Source: Callorhinchus milii (Eukaryota). Taken from it: DNA of 64,000 nt. The position numbers and the translations under genes were made by a program. The stretch covers positions 6,386,001 through 6,450,000 of the forward strand of contig NW_024704751.1 of NCBI RefSeq assembly GCF_018977255.1, read 5' to 3'. The notes beneath the pieces are model-generated. The model was not told the origin of the DNA, made no database searches, and saw nothing but the letters and a program-made list of their open reading frames with translations. Shown piece by piece: positions 1 to 18,079 of this stretch (positions within the stretch are counted from its first letter, which is position 1; the number at the start of each line of letters is the position of its first letter).

Positions 1-504
1 GGATAAATTCTGGGAACTCTGCACAGTGACGGGAGAAGAGGTATGTCTTAAGGTGGGATTTAAAGGGAGGCAAACAAGAGCAACAAATTCCATTCGTATA
101 GCGCCTTTCACGCCAGGAGGTCGTCTCATGGGGCTGGACAGTCAGAGATTTGGGACAAAGAGGGGGCGAGGTGGAGGAATTGAGGCAGGGAAAGTTCACA
201 TTGCTCAGTTTGTTTAATTTTTTTTTATTTTTCCTATCGCGTGCGCGGAAAATCTATCTGGTTATCTATTGACCGATACGTACTGTGGCCCTTTATATAA
301 AGTGGTCCGTGTCTTTGGGAACAACAACAACAACAAAAGCAACAAAATCTCCTTCACACAAGATTCAAGACTGAGATACCTCCTACATGAAGGTGCCTTG
401 ACTTTCCTCATCCACAGCCACCTCACACCAAAAAAATACATTTGAAACTTTTGTTTTTGTCCCGGCGTGAAGATAAATCTGAAGGGGAGACGGGCGAGAA
501 AGTC

Positions 505-540
<36 letters not shown>

Positions 541-2499
541 CGGTCGTGCAGGAGAGACTCTCGAGTGAGGAAGAAGTGTGATTGTATTGGAAATCAATGA
601 GCTGCTCACCCAATGGTGAATTGAAAATATGATTTTCATTGTTAGCCAGCAAATTAACCACAGCCAGTCTGACTGGCTCCAGGATTTTGTACCCGGTTAG
701 CCATTGCATTGATTTTCTCCATCCTCTCGTTAAGTGAAGTTAACGCAGGCACCGTGACAAACTAGCTCCAGAAAACCACCTTCCCCTCTCCCCGACGCAG
801 CGATATGTCACCTTAATGACTGCTGTCCGGCAGAGCAAACACTGGAGCCATCCGTTGTTAAACTCTTGAGTTGTTAAACTCGCAGCCTCAACGCTTCCAT
901 CCCTAGATTGCTTTAACCTCCGGTGCTCCTTATAAGAGAAAACGTAAGCAAAAAAAAAAACACTTAATAGATTTTCTCGTTGGCTTTTTTCCCCCCAAAT
1001 GATATCTCCTTGTGCCCCATTCCTCTGCTGCCACCTACGCTCAGCTAACACAAAAACAATTTGCTTTTCAAGAGGCACAGCGTCTCAGAGCGCTTGGTAG
1101 TAGCGGAGCCGGGTGGGGGTGTGTGGGGGGTGGCAGTGGGGAGGTGACCATAAGCACAGTCGAAGAGGAAGGTCTTCAGGCGTGATCTAAAAATGAGGAA
1201 GGAGCTACACCTACAGCAACCCCCCCATCCCTGCAATGAAGCATCAGCCTAGACTTGTGAGTTCAAACTCCCCAGCATAGGGCTTGCTGAGCATTGAAGG
1301 GATTCAACTAACACTCGCTCTATTCCCCAAGATGGAGATGACAGAAATAATCATAGCCATCAAACGCCTTCATTTCCTCCACAACCTTGGGACCTAGAAT
1401 ATCAAAACTCTCCTGCATGATATTCATCCCCCGCCTGCTTCAGTCTGATTACCAGTCTTCTTCTCCTGACCTCCTTTGCAACTCATTCGTATTGTATTTG
1501 AGATGGAGTGTGAAAAAAAAACAGCTCTATGATTTCATCACTTTCCTTATTCACCACAGGCATTAGAACTGTGCCCACATCTTCTCGTTTCTCTGTCTCT
1601 CTCCTCCCTTTCCCTCAGCGCTGCAGAAAGACAAGCCGGTGTAAATCTGCATTGAAAAGACTAGTCTGCGTGTGGTAAGATAACCAACCCCCTCCCCCCC
1701 CAATAAATACAGGATGTTATCAGTTGTATCACAGGCATGTAGACAAACCGAGCATTAATCCTTGTAATCCTTTCACTTCGGGAGGACGCCTCAAAGCGCG
1801 TCACAGGATTTGATGCAAAGTGTGTAGTGATGGTGTATTTTGTAGGCGAACGGTACTCCAGTCAAACATAGTTGTTTCACAGCTGGTTTCAGCTCTCCGT
1901 AAGGAAGCTAAACATATTTACATAAGTCACTTTTTCCCTTTCATGTAAGTACTTTGTCGTGTGTGTAAAAAAAAATCACACAAAGAGACTGATCCAAAGC
2001 GTGAGCCCAGCTCAGTGGTAGCACTCTCGCCTCTGAGTCAGAAGGTTGTGGGTTCAAACCTACTTTGAATTATTGTAGTCCAGGCTGACATTCCAATCCC
2101 GAGGTGCGCTCCAAAATGCCTCGCTGACGTGAAAGGTTATTGTTATTATTACGTTCAGATCTATCGCCTCCCAATTCAAATCATTCGAATCCCCTCACGG
2201 CAGACAAACTGCGAGCAAACAGAAAGAAAAAGAACACACTTATCATTGAATTCTGCGAGCGAATTGCATACTCAGGACATACTCGTATACTTTGAACAGA
2301 TATTTTTGCGTAACTTTCGAATTTATGACATTCTGCCGACTTGTGTGGGATATAAACATCTGTACGGACTAGTTGGGCCGAATGACCTGTTTTACCGATC
2401 GACCGTGCCCACAGTCATCTCCCCCACCCCTCCCCCTGGCTTGGCCTTGTACTCCGCCACCGTCAACTTTGCAGCACCCCTGCCTGCGTATACATAAAT

Positions 2500-3560
2500 A
2501 CCAGGGACGCAAAGCACTTGTCAAGTTCACAAACAACATTCTCTCTATCTGTGACCAGGGCTCCCTCTGCCTCCTCGTCCTCCTGGATTTCACTGCTGCG
2601 TTCGACACAGTGGACCACGCCATCCTCCTCCATCGTCGCTCCCCCCTCGTCTAACTTAGTGGGACCGCGCTCGCATGATTCGAGTCCTGCTTAACCAACC
2701 GCCTCCATTTCATCTCAGCAAATGGTTTCTCCTCCCGCCCCCGCCCGGTCACCTGCAGAGTACCCCAGGGCTCCATCCTTGATCCTCTTCTTTTCCTTAT
2801 CTATATGCTCCCTCTGGGCAATGTCATCTGCAGACATGGGGTAAACATCCACATGTATGGGGATAACACACAAATCCACTTTGCCTCCGCCAGTACTAAC
2901 TCCAGCTCCGCCGATGTTCTATCAGCGTGTCTGTGCATCAGGGCCTGGATGAGTGTAAACTTCCTGCAGCTGAATGTGGACAAGACAGAAGCCATACTCA
3001 TTGCTCCCATCAATGTTTTCTGCGGATCCAAACTCCTCAACTTCCCTGGGCTCCCCTTCAGACTCACTGAACCAGTGCGCAACTTAGGCGTCCGGTTCGA
3101 TCAACTGTCCTTCCTCCCCCGCCTCCGGACCCTGACCAGGACCACCTTCTTCCACCTCCACCACATTGCCCACCTCCGATCGTACCTTACTCTTGTGCAT
3201 GTGTTTGTCATCTCCCGCTTGGATTATTCTAATGCACTCCTCGCCAGTCTCCCCTGCTCCACTATTCAAAACACCCAGCTCATTCAGAACTCTGCCGCCC
3301 GCATACTGACCCGGACCAAACTCCATACCCCCATCTCACCAGTTCTGGCCCAGGCTCCACTGGCTCCCCATCACCAAACAGACAGATCGACTTCAAAATC
3401 CTCACTCTCATGTTCAAAACTCTTCACTCACTGGCACCTCCCTATTTCTCCGACCTCCTCACTCCCCAGTCCACCACCCGGCGCCTCTGCTCGATGGGCA
3501 CCGGCCTCCTGCTCGACCCTCGCACCCTCCGCCCCACCATTGGAGGTCGCGCTTTCAGCC
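2500..3560 (+). mobile_element. Decayed L2/CR1-clade LINE, reverse transcriptase fragment
   Basis: LLVLLDFTAAFDTVDHAILL, VPQGSIL, HMYGDNTQI (YADD-like), NFLQLNVDKTE, VRNLGV, ISRLDYSN, QLIQNSAARILT. Contains stops and frameshifts. Confidence 0.93.
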
Positions 3561-3941
3561 ACTATCACTGCTGCAACACGCATCAGTTAAGGTCTGCTCA
3601 CAAAACACTTTACCCGGGAGACGTGAACAAAGCCAGCAAAGTGGTTTATTGCACAAATGCAGTTATTACATACACTCAGCGATGTGTGTCTCTGAATCTC
3701 TGTCAGTCAACGCGTCGAGGGATTTGTTTTTCTGATACAAGAGCAGGGAGATCTCTCGGTTTGATCTTCAATCCTGTGCTGGCTGACCTCAGGTGGGGCA
3801 CGACAATATGGCCTCAAATCCCTTGGAACTGTGGTGGGGGGAGGGGTGGGTGCGGAGAGGGAGGGTTTGGGAGTCATCGGTCCTCTGCTGGTGTTGAGAT
3901 GTCAAGTGAGGGCAGAACGGTGGGGTACGATAAGGACCCGG

Positions 3942-6900
3942 TCAGCCTTTCGTTCTCTTGTTGCTTATACAATGCAGGAGAATTCCTGTGAAAGGGAAAA
4001 AGATTATTGCACAGGATGAAGACACACTTGAGGATCAGAACAACAACCCCGAAGAATCTACTCATTTTCTTTATGTTTTACAACAAGCAGCACCGAGGTG
4101 TGGCCGCTGAGTTTGTCTACAAGACACACAGTCACTGCACTTCACAGTAAATCCTGTGAGGTGCTTTGAAATGTCCGCCCGACGTGAAAGGGTTAGAACA
4201 GTGTCCCACAAACAGTCGCCGATTGAATGACCAAATTATTATTATTATTATTCTTTTTTTTTTAACGGGAATCTTACTCCCGGAAAGTATTCCGCCAATC
4301 GACTAACAACCGGGTTCCGATTTCCTGCTAGGTAAACAGAGGAGTGTGGAGTAAGGAAACTTAAGGAGCGAGGGCCTAAGGTTTCACTCCGCCTGTGAAT
4401 CGAACCGGCGTCCTCTCAGTTGGGAGGCGAGGGCTCCAACCAATCAATATATACTGGTGCCTCAGCAAACAGCGACACACCTGGGCTGCAGGTACACCAA
4501 CTTACCGAAAGGGGGCAATGCGCTGAGCGCAGGTCAACTATTTCCCACCTGGGAGGGAGGAAAGGTTGATAGGATAAGTAACCCCAGGCTATTCTCAGGC
4601 AATATTCCTGGTGGATTCGAGAGCATTAATGGTATGGGAGGACGCTACCTGCTGCTACCTCTTGACTGGGGAATGGTGTGTGTGCGCCCAGGCAAAGGCG
4701 CAAATAATAATCCATTAGTTTCGAAATGGGAGTTTAGCCGTGCACAGAATTGGAACACCACTTCAATCCCGTGGCCGTCTGCAAACTCACTTGAGCTGCC
4801 AAAGACCGAGAGGGTATGGGTTCAGGGCTGCTAAGGATAATTCTAGGACGACTGTAGATTTTGCACCCAGTCACTTCACTTTACTGGGATGAGCTTTGAG
4901 GCTGTCTGATAAGGTGCTGTATCAATTATTATTATTAATATTACTACATTTATACAGTGCTTTTCATGTCAACGGCCTTGGAATGTCCACCCGAGGTGAA
5001 CGGTTATACAAATGCGATTTGTTGTTGCTGTTATCGTCCAGGCGACATCTCAAAACAATTCAGAGTCAACTAGGAGCCCGTTGAGCAAGGTGGAAGGGAA
5101 AAAGTCAGTAAAGTGAGCTCTAAAAGTGTGACATACTTAATAACAATAATAATCCCTGCATTTGATCTCACGCCTTATCACGTCTCAAAGCGCTTCACAG
5201 AATATATCCTAAGGTGAATTTGACTGTACATTCCATGAGAGAAACACAAATGCTAACAAAGCCCTTCACGGAATATCCTGTAATGTGGAGTGACCGTGTA
5301 TTTTATGGGTGAAAATAATTTGTTAACCTTTTGTTTTCCACCGAGTCTTTTTGCTTTATGACTCTGTGCGCAAAAAGCTAACGAATAATGCACGTAAAAT
5401 AGCTTAGCCTGCCAGCCATACAGTTAGTCAAGAAATTAGATAAAGTAATGTGGTGCCTCTGGTATAAGAAACACATCAGAAGCGAGAGCTTCTTGTATTA
5501 ATTCTGAATAAGAGGACGATCTACCCTTTTCAGGGAATTTATTTAACACCCACAGAGCCCTTTTAGGATTATTCAGTATGAAGCACATACCCACAGGCGA
5601 ACTAGATAATTCTTCACGACGCTTTGTTTCAAAAATTTGCACAATGGGCCATTTCTGCCTGAACAAAAATAAATTTCCATAATAATAATCCTCGGGTTTG
5701 ATACAGTGTCTCTTTGATGCAGCGTCCCGAAGGACATCTCAAAGCGCTTCACGGGAATTACTTATAAAGAGTAGTTACTGTGTATTTGTAGGCAAATGCA
5801 GCAGCCTACTGCCGCACAGCAATGTCCTACAAGATTTTACATTTAAAAGCGACTGTGTCAAACGCAAGGATTATTATTAAATTGGAAGGGGTGATGTTTT
5901 CGGACACACACACACGTGCGCGCACACTCACGCGCGCACACAGTATTACCTGCAGCGACAGACACATTCAAGGATTCAATGCCAGGATGCAAGTGTCTGC
6001 CAGCTGGGACGGTAAGCATCACATGGCAAAGGCTGGTCACGTCATCTGAAAGGCCAAAGCCTTCATTACCTGGGGTCAGGAGAGAAAATGTCAGAGCGTG
6101 CATTTAATAAACTGAGACATACCCAGTGTTGAGACTCAAAACAAAATAATCTTCACATTGATTTAGCGCCTTTCACGTCGAGAGGACACATTGCCTGTGT
6201 ATTTTGTTAGGAGCTTCACGGGATGGTGCCTGTGTATTTTGCAGGTGAGTGCGCAGCCAATTTGCGCGCAGAGACATAAAGCAAAAAGACTGTTACTTGG
6301 TGGCAAACGAAAGGTTAAGAAATTGATACTTTCACCCACAAAATACACAGTCGCTCCGCTTTTCAATCCGTACTATTAGTACCGTAGGAACAGGAATGGG
6401 CCATTCAGCCCCTCGAGCCTCTTCCGCCATTCTATTAGATCATGGCTGATCTGTACATCAACTCCAATTACCCGCCTTTGCCCCATATTCCCTGATACCC
6501 CGACCTAACAAAAATCTATCCTCAGTCTTGAAAATTTGAATGGATCCACAGCCTTTTGGGGGAGAGAGTTCCAGATTTCCACTACCTTCTTTCTCCACAC
6601 CTTTGCCCAAGGCCCAAGCCCATTTACTGTACCTAGGACCAGGATGGTGTTTGCATTCCACTCAAACTCCGAGCACGGAAGGACGGGGGTTTGGACAGCC
6701 TCCGTTGATACCCCAACGGTTCCTGCTATTCGCCAACCTTGAGCTGCTTTCATCTGTTGCGAGATTGGAAGCAGACGACAATGCGTTTAACTCAAGCCAC
6801 ATTGATCAGTTCGTTCAGAAAGTCTCGGAAGAAATACCTAGTGCTTCCCCAGATCGGTTACCTTCAGCGCGTGTGGCAAGTTAGACGTGCGATACACGGA

Positions 6901-9167
6901 CATGACTTCTAAAGTCCCGGCACTTGCTTTGCTCACTGTTGGCGTCAGAGAGCAACTGCAAAGGCAAAAACGAATAGATAAGTAACAAACACATGCAGAT
7001 TTTCCCTCTGGTCACCCGATTTACACAGTATGCTGTCACACGCAGGCTGTAGAGGCGCTAAATGATTTGAGTTTAATTGTGCGTGTGTGTAAGTGTGTGT
7101 GTGTGTATGTGTAAGTGTGTGTAGATGCATATGATTCGCACAAATAGAGCTCTTGTCCTTTTGTACTGCATTGCAAAATATCACATGTCAAAGCAGAAAG
7201 CAGACAGACGCCTGACACTCTCTGGGCAAAATAACCCTGCCAGATAGGATTCTGTAATGACAGACCCACTGTCAATCACAGCGCTGTCAGGGGAAGGTAT
7301 GTGAATGGAACTGAGCTTCTACTCCGCACACTGTCTCGCTCTGACGATAGGGTCGATCGTTGCAGAGCGATGTCGCTGATCTAAAAGTTCCCTTTCATTC
7401 TTAACAGCGTCGGCTGTTATACAGCATTACTCAGATGATAAGGAAAATTCCTTTACTCGGGTAGAATTCACCACCACGAACCTTAGTAACGGAGGCAGAG
7501 TCCGTAGATTCTTTTAAAAGGGAATTGGATAGATTCTTCAAGACGAGGAATATTAAGAGGGAATGGAGAGCGAGGAGAGTAGGATTGGGTTGCCGCGAGT
7601 GGAGATAAGCAGCACCGGGCATGATGGACTGAATGGCCTGTTTCCGTGCCTTAACGCTCCATGAAAGAGCAACCGTTTTGCTTCTCCAGTTTGCTCGCGC
7701 ATTCTCAGGGCGACTGAGTTTGGCTCAAACTGCATTGCTGTAGGGTGTCTGAGTGCTGAAACCTGTGCCGGCTTTCAGCTTTGCCAGCGATAACACACAA
7801 CTTTTGGCTCTGGCTGACATTGACTGGAAGAGAAGGAGAGGCTTTTCTGGCTCCAATCAACGGAGTTGGACTGCCATCCGCTGGACAATCCGGAGAACAT
7901 CAGCCCAGAACAGCTCTCGTGTCCTGCAATCCACGTGGGTGTCGCAGATTAACAAGATGCTTACTGACATAGCCTCCATGATGTGAAGCTTAATGACTAT
8001 TCCAATGTATAAAACAATTTCCATCCCTAATCACTGCTAGAATTGCAAACAGCCCGCTTCAAAGGAGACCGACCCATGACGCGTTCCCCGAAACTCTGGA
8101 ACACTCTTCCTCGATCCCTCCGCCTTGCCCCCCTCCTTCCCCATTTTCAGGTCGCGCTTGAAGACCTTCCTCTTCAACTGTGCCTATGGTCACCTCTCCC
8201 ACCGACCCGGTTCAGCATCATGCTCCGTCACTGTCAAGTACTATGGGACGTTACCCCACGTGAGGGGCACCAGTTGTCATCGTCGTTGTTTACCTTTTCT
8301 GCTGGCTTGTTAGCACGCGATCAGCTCCGAGGAAATACGCTGACCGCAGCAGGGCCCCCATGTTCATGGGATCCAGGATGTCTTCCAGCGCCAGCCACAG
8401 AGCAGGTCTGTCTCTGGGTTGCGAATCCTCGGTGTCTGCTAAAGAGTATCGATCATAGTCCACATAGTCCAGGGGCGTCACCTCAAGGCAGACCCCTTGA
8501 TGTACCCGGCCCTCACACAGCCTGTCCAGGACTTTCCTGGGCACCTGCCTCATTGGCACTCCGACCTCTCGAGCTCGCTGGCAGATAGCCTGCACCTCCA
8601 CCCGGTGACTCCGCTTTATGTTGACGAAAAGCTGGAAGGCCGCCTGCGGAGCTGTGTGAAAGCCAAGCTGCAGGGCGCCACCCCGAACAGGATCTCTGAG
8701 CCTTCCCGCCTCTCCGCACTTACGGACACGTCCCGGCTTCTCCTCTTGGCAAAATCGTCGTATCGGAGGCCTCGCAGCTCCGGGTTGCCGACATGACCGG
8801 GTTTGGTGTCCAACCGCGGCGCTGTGCCGACTTTGGAGACTTTCGAACGGCGGTGAACCGCATCTGGCTTCCACCGTGCACTCGGAGGGAACGTTATCTG
8901 TGGCCCAGGCGACACGGTCTCTTCGGCGCTCGCGGTAACCGCATTTAATCTCCTCCCGTTGCCCTCAGCCTCCAGTACTGATTTGGCCAGGTCCTCCTCA
9001 CGGCTGTGGTTTGATTTCGAGGGACTCTCGGACCCTGCCGTCCGTTTCTGCCAGGTTGACATTCCCGTTCTGCAGCGATGAGGACGAAGAGCAAACTGCA
9101 GCCTCGAGGACAGGCCCGCACAGCCTCCGAGACACCGGGCTGCTCCGTTCAGGGTAACGGATGACAT
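3942..9167 (-). CDS. MRM1: rRNA methyltransferase 1, mitochondrial (SPOUT family). Five coding exons: 9167-8294, 6955-6862, 6753-6633, 6069-5950, 3985-3942. Apparent 1-nt deletion near 8640-8660.
   Basis: Translation gives [45 protein letters not shown] / [14 protein letters not shown] / [14 protein letters not shown] / [17 protein letters not shown] / [13 protein letters not shown]. All junctions are GT-AG with matching phases. An acceptor at about 9185 indicates a non-coding 5' exon further upstream. Confidence 0.95.
6380..6590 (-). mobile_element. CR1-type LINE 3' end fragment
   Basis: [13 protein letters not shown] motif, plus a 3' tail shared in reverse orientation with 33630-33975. Confidence 0.75.
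8075..8200 (+). mobile_element. L2-type LINE 3' tail fragment (related copies at about 1130-1200, 36650-36760, 41790-41930, 45290-45400)
   Basis: [18 protein letters not shown] motif typical of the L2 ORF2 end. Confidence 0.7.
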
Positions 9168-9379
9168 TTTGACTTTCTCTCACCCTTTGGGAGGGGAGGG
9201 AGGGGCGGGGGGGGGGAAGGAAAAAATCCGACTGTCAGTCAAAACAAAACATTTCCACCAACACACCGTTCCGAGTCCCTTACACTCCCTGCATTGAAGT
9301 GATTCCGTCATGAAGAGAATTAAAGCGAGAGCTTGTCCCCGCATCAGGTTGACTGAACGAATTGCTTCCGCGCTGGAAG

Positions 9380-10340
9380 TGTCAGTGAATCGCCGTCGCT
9401 TTGGTCGGGGGAGGAGAAGAGGGGGGGGGGGGGCGGAGGGGGAGCGGAGCTAACGCGAACCTATTCTTATTCCCAACGCGACCCGTGTGACCGCGGGGAG
9501 CGCTCTCGCCCCCGGATCGGGTTGCGTGTCCGATGATCCCCCGGGTTGGGGACTTTTTAAGCTCACGGTCTGGGCTGACGTTCCTGTGCATTGCTGGGGG
9601 GGGGGGGGGGGGGGTTGGGAGGGGGGGGGGGGTCGGAAGAATGTCTCACTGCCGCATTGGGGCATTAAACCGAGCTTCCCCCTTTTTTTCTGTGCCCTGT
9701 TCAGGCGGTCATTAAAGACCCGCTAAGCGCTCCGAGACGCCACCCTGCGGGGAGGTCGCTATACAAGTGCATGTTGTTGTTGTTGTTGTTGCTGGGGGTG
9801 GGTGGGGTGGGTGGGGGGGGAGAGGGGAGTGGCCACGGCGTCCGCTCGCGCCACCCCCCCAGTCACGACACTCGACGGACAACCCGGCGAAGCGCCTCCA
9901 GGCGCCCTCCCTCCCTCCCTCCCTCCCGCGGCACCGGGCAACGGTAAGGCGGGTCAAACTCGGGCGAGCACTCAGAAGCGCCGTCGGTTCGGGGTGTGTG
10001 ACGGGCACAGGCGGGGCCCAAACCCCAGGGAGGAGGAGGAGGGTGTGGGGGGGGGGGTGATGATGATGATGATTACCAGGGCGAGAGGGTGCAGCCAAGC
10101 GGCCACAGAGCTCCGCGTGGTCCCCAGCGGCGGCTCCGCACCGACTCAGGCCCCGGGTTCCGTGAGCCTCAGGGCCGGTGACCGAGGGCGTATTTTCCCG
10201 CCTGCAGTTCGCACTCCAACCGGCGCCGCCTCGGGGACCCGCGCATGACGCAACTTCCGGTCCGTCCCGTTCCCCCGTCCCCGCCCCCCATCTACTCCCC
10301 CACACACACACACACACACGCGCGCGCGGGAGTTCCTCTT
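9380..10340 (-). promoter_or_regulatory. CpG island, probable MRM1 promoter and non-coding first exon
   Basis: CpG-dense. ETS site (acttccgg) next to a CRE half-site (tgacgca) at about 10246-10260. Candidate minus-strand donor at about 10075. Confidence 0.6.
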
Positions 10341-11484
10341 ACTTTCGGTTCCTACTCCCTTTTCGTGCCTCCCACCACCTTCTGTGCCCCCAAATATATA
10401 TTTTTTTAAATGATTCGCCTCAAAAGCCCACAGTCCTCAATCATTGCAGCCAGAGCGCCAGAGCAGGTAAACTTCCTGCCACTGAGACGGGTTCAATTGG
10501 CCTTTCCCCCCCCCCACACCTCCTCTACTCCACGTGTTGCTGCACCACATGGTCAAAAGGCTCTGATGGGTAGAACTCCCACCACTACTGAGGTTAATTC
10601 AGGTGATTGGATTCAATCACAAAAAAAAATACCGCAACACTGGGGGTGGTGGAGGGGCTTATTTTATTTTGCTCAACTGCCTCTGGTATGGTCCAGCTGG
10701 CAACACTTGGAAGTGGCTGTCACACAACAGTCATTTGAGCTGAGCTCCCCGTGTACTTTTAATGTTGTCGGCCACTCCGTAAATCCCAACCAAACTAACT
10801 CGGAATGACTGATGCATTCTCCTGTAGTCAGGAGACGGATACATTCTCCACTGGTGCCGCTTTCTCATACCCAAGTCACCTCACCGTCCCAAAATTATTG
10901 CATGTGGTGTACAATGCGGTAAGTCCCCTCGAACACTCAGGGAACAACAAAAATAGCAATCCGAAGGAAAGCTGAGGATTGCAAGTAAAAAAAATTCACA
11001 GCTTGGGCTGCAGGCATATTGTATACTTAAGGTTATGTTAAATTTGTCCAAAGCCTATGATATGCACTATTCCAATTTATACAGAGATCTCCCACCTTAG
11101 CAAGAAGTCAAAATGGGAATTTCTTACTCCAGTAGTTAGGTCAAAATCTCCCATTACTGAGGCCTGTTATTTCTGGTTTAGACAATTGAAAGTTTTGGAA
11201 AGCACATCTTCACTTAGACAGAGAACATCACAGAGAATGCCTCCACAATATTATAAAATGACTCAAATATTAATGAAGGTTACATGGACACAATTCTTCC
11301 ATTTAGAAAATGTAGCTCATTTTCTGTAATGCACTGATGCTGTCACATGACAATTTAATGATTTCACCATTCATTAAAAGGCTTCAATAAGATTGTATTT
11401 CCCTAGGTAGTTTAAAAAAAACAAAAACACATTTGTATTGTAAAATTTTATTCCCATATTTGCACAGATCGTCAGGAAAGCAGT

Positions 11485-15435
<3,951 letters not shown>

Positions 15436-15441
<6 letters not shown>

Positions 15442-15602
15442 CTTGAGGGAAAGAGAGCGGGCGCGGGGTCGCCCGGCCTGAAATGCAGGGACGGTGTGGG
15501 CGCCTGGTCTCGCGAGACTCCGAGTGTGCGGCGGCGGAGGGGGCGGCGGCGGCGGCGGGGGGGAGGGGCGAGTGTCGCGCAAGGCATACTGGGAGTTGTA
15601 GT
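15436..15602 (-). promoter_or_regulatory. RPL23A promoter: TCT/5'TOP tract, YY1 site, TCTCGCGAGA palindrome, ZNF143/THAP11 motif
   Basis: Minus-strand CTCTCTTTCCCTC just before the ATG (about 15445-15457). AAGATGGCG at 15436-15444. TCTCGCGAGA at 15508-15517. ACTACAACTCCCAGTATGC at 15584-15602. Lies in a CpG island. Confidence 0.85.
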
Positions 15603-15617
15603 CTCCCAGGGAGTTGC

Positions 15618-16159
15618 TCATCCTTGCATTTCATACAATAATAATAATCCTTGCATTTGATACAATAATAATAATAATCNNNNNNNNNNNNNNNNNNNNN
15701 NNNNNNNNNNNNNNNNNNNNNNNNNNNNNNNNNNNNNNNNNNNNNNNNNNNNNNNNNNNNNNNNNNNNNNNNNNNNNNNNNNNNNNNNNNNNNNNNNNNN
15801 NNNNNNNNNNNNNNNNNNNNNNNNNNNNNNNNNNNNNNNNNNNNNNNNNNNNNNNNNNNNNNNNNNNNNTTTTCACGTCGGGAGGACGTCCCAAAGCGCT
15901 TCACAGAACACACTGTAAAGTGAATTGACTGTATATCTGTGGGCGAACGCGGCAGCCAATTGCGCACAGTAATGTCCCACAAACAGTCATATGGATTGAA
16001 AATGACCAATTTATTATTGTTTTTGGTTTTGGAGGGATTATTATTAGGCTCTGTGTGGAGTAAGGAAACTTGCCCAAGGTTTCGCCCTCTGCCTGGGATT
16101 GAACTCAGGTCTCTCGCTTGCAAAGCGAGTGCTCTAACCACTGAGCTACAGGACTCCAC
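15618..16159 (-). mobile_element. tRNA-derived SINE spanning an assembly gap (15680-15869)
   Basis: Near-identical to the copy at 26611-26914. Confidence 0.85.
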
Positions 16160-18079
16160 AAGTGACTGCTCCAGGGTCTCCTGGGCGTCTCAAAGCGCTT
16201 CACAGGATACACTGTAAAATTAATTGGAGGTGGTGGGGGGGGGGGGGGGGGGGGGAGGCAAACGCGGCAGCCGATGACGCACCGCAACGCTCCCCCGCGC
16301 ACCGCCGTGGATCGAAGCGACCAAATGACCTTTTGTTTATTTTCAAGGGATTATTATTATCATTATTATTGTTATTATTGCCACAAGCCATCGCTGTCAA
16401 GTTATAATAATAATCCTTTGTTTAATGCAGCGCCTTATCCCACCGACGAGACGTCTGAAAGCGCTTCACAGGATATACAGTGAAGTGGAGTGACTGTGTA
16501 TTCTGTGGCCAAACGGGCAGCCAATTTGCCCACAACAATGTCCCACAAGCAGCCGAGGGGTGAGTAACCAATTTGATTTGGGTGGTGGGGTGGGGGTGCA
16601 TTGTCGGCCAGGACACCAGGAGAGAGAAACTCCCTTCTCTTTTCGAATAGCGCCACGGGATCCTTAAAGTCCAATCTGAACATCCAGATGGGACTTCCGT
16701 TTAGCGTCTCATCCGAAGGAGGTGTTGGAGGTAACGTCAATGCCGTTCGCCCCCAGCATTGCATTGGAGCGACAACTTAAGATTGTGTGATTCCAAGTCC
16801 CGCTGTGGGGCTTGAACCACGGCAGTACCTTCTGACTCAGAGGCAAAGTCCCACTGTTCTGTCTTTGCTGATATGTCACGTTGCCCTCAAATCTCATCTT
16901 GGACATAGCAGTGATCGCTTCATTTATGCGGTGGTAACACTAAGCCTCTCAAATGCAGTAAGTAGTAAAACCCTCCCCTCCACCCCCCACCCCCCCACAC
17001 ACACACACACACAGACACCACACACGCATATGTCACTGCAGCCTTGTTGTCTTTCTGAAAGGAAGCGATTAGCTGCCATACAGGCTGTTGATGCTCACTC
17101 TGCGCCGCAAATGAATAAAGCAAAAAAGGAAACAACAACTACAGATGAATAGAAAATGAAATGGCGAGAATCTGAAATAAAACCAGATAATTACTGCAAA
17201 ATCCTCCCCACTTTCAAAGCCTGCCTTAAGACAACAACAACAACTTTTATGTAGTGCCAGTAAATGCTTCAAGACACCGAGCAAGAGAAAAGGGGGAGGA
17301 GAACTTACTCTCCACTGACCGTAGGCTTAAGGTAGGATTTAAAGATAAATAGAGAGCGAGGCAGAGTGATTGAGGCAGAAAGTTCGAGAAGTTATAATTA
17401 TACTGACGATAATAATAATCCTTGCATTTGATATAACGTTGAGGCATCTCAAAATGCTTCACAGGATATACTGTAATGTGCAGTGACTGTGCATTTTGTG
17501 GGCGAAACACGGCAGCCAGTTGGACACAGCAACGTCCCACACCCAGCCATGGCGTGAGTGACCAATTTTATTTGGGGGAGTGTTGGCCTGGACACCGGGA
17601 GACAGAAACTCTCTTCTCTTTTCGAATAGACTCTTTTTCCTCCTGACGTGAAGGGTGTTATATCAAATGCAAAGATTATTATTACGAATGATTGTTATTC
17701 AATATAATTCCTATGATCACGAAAACATCGCTCACGCGTAACAATTTCAGTTATTCCCCGCGTGGGTGGGGAGGTGGAGGAAAAATAATTCAACCCCCCA
17801 CCCCCCCCAATCAGCCAGTTTCTGACCCAGAGGCTAAACATTGATTCTTGCATTTCATTGAGAAACTGAATGCATTAGTTGTGAATGCATTGCCAGCACA
17901 ACTGGTGTATTCCAATACCAGCAGACTTTTTAATTTTCTTTCCAACCCCCCCCCCCATCACCCCAAAAAAAAGTTGATTGGTTGCAGGGTTGAAATAAGT
18001 AACTGAGTGATGTGAAGCTACATTTAAGGAGTAAGGAAAAGCTGTGATCTCTCACTGCCTCTCTTTTTCCCTTTCCTCT

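Noticed and set aside
7753-7986. 77-aa + strand ORF in MRM1 intron 1 ending in a PH-domain-like WVSQINKML
   Set aside because: No other exons or recognisable homology, so it is probably a chance match.
9712-10573. Overlapping GC-rich ORFs of 100-200 aa
   Set aside because: Typical stop-poor CpG-island frames with no recognisable domain.
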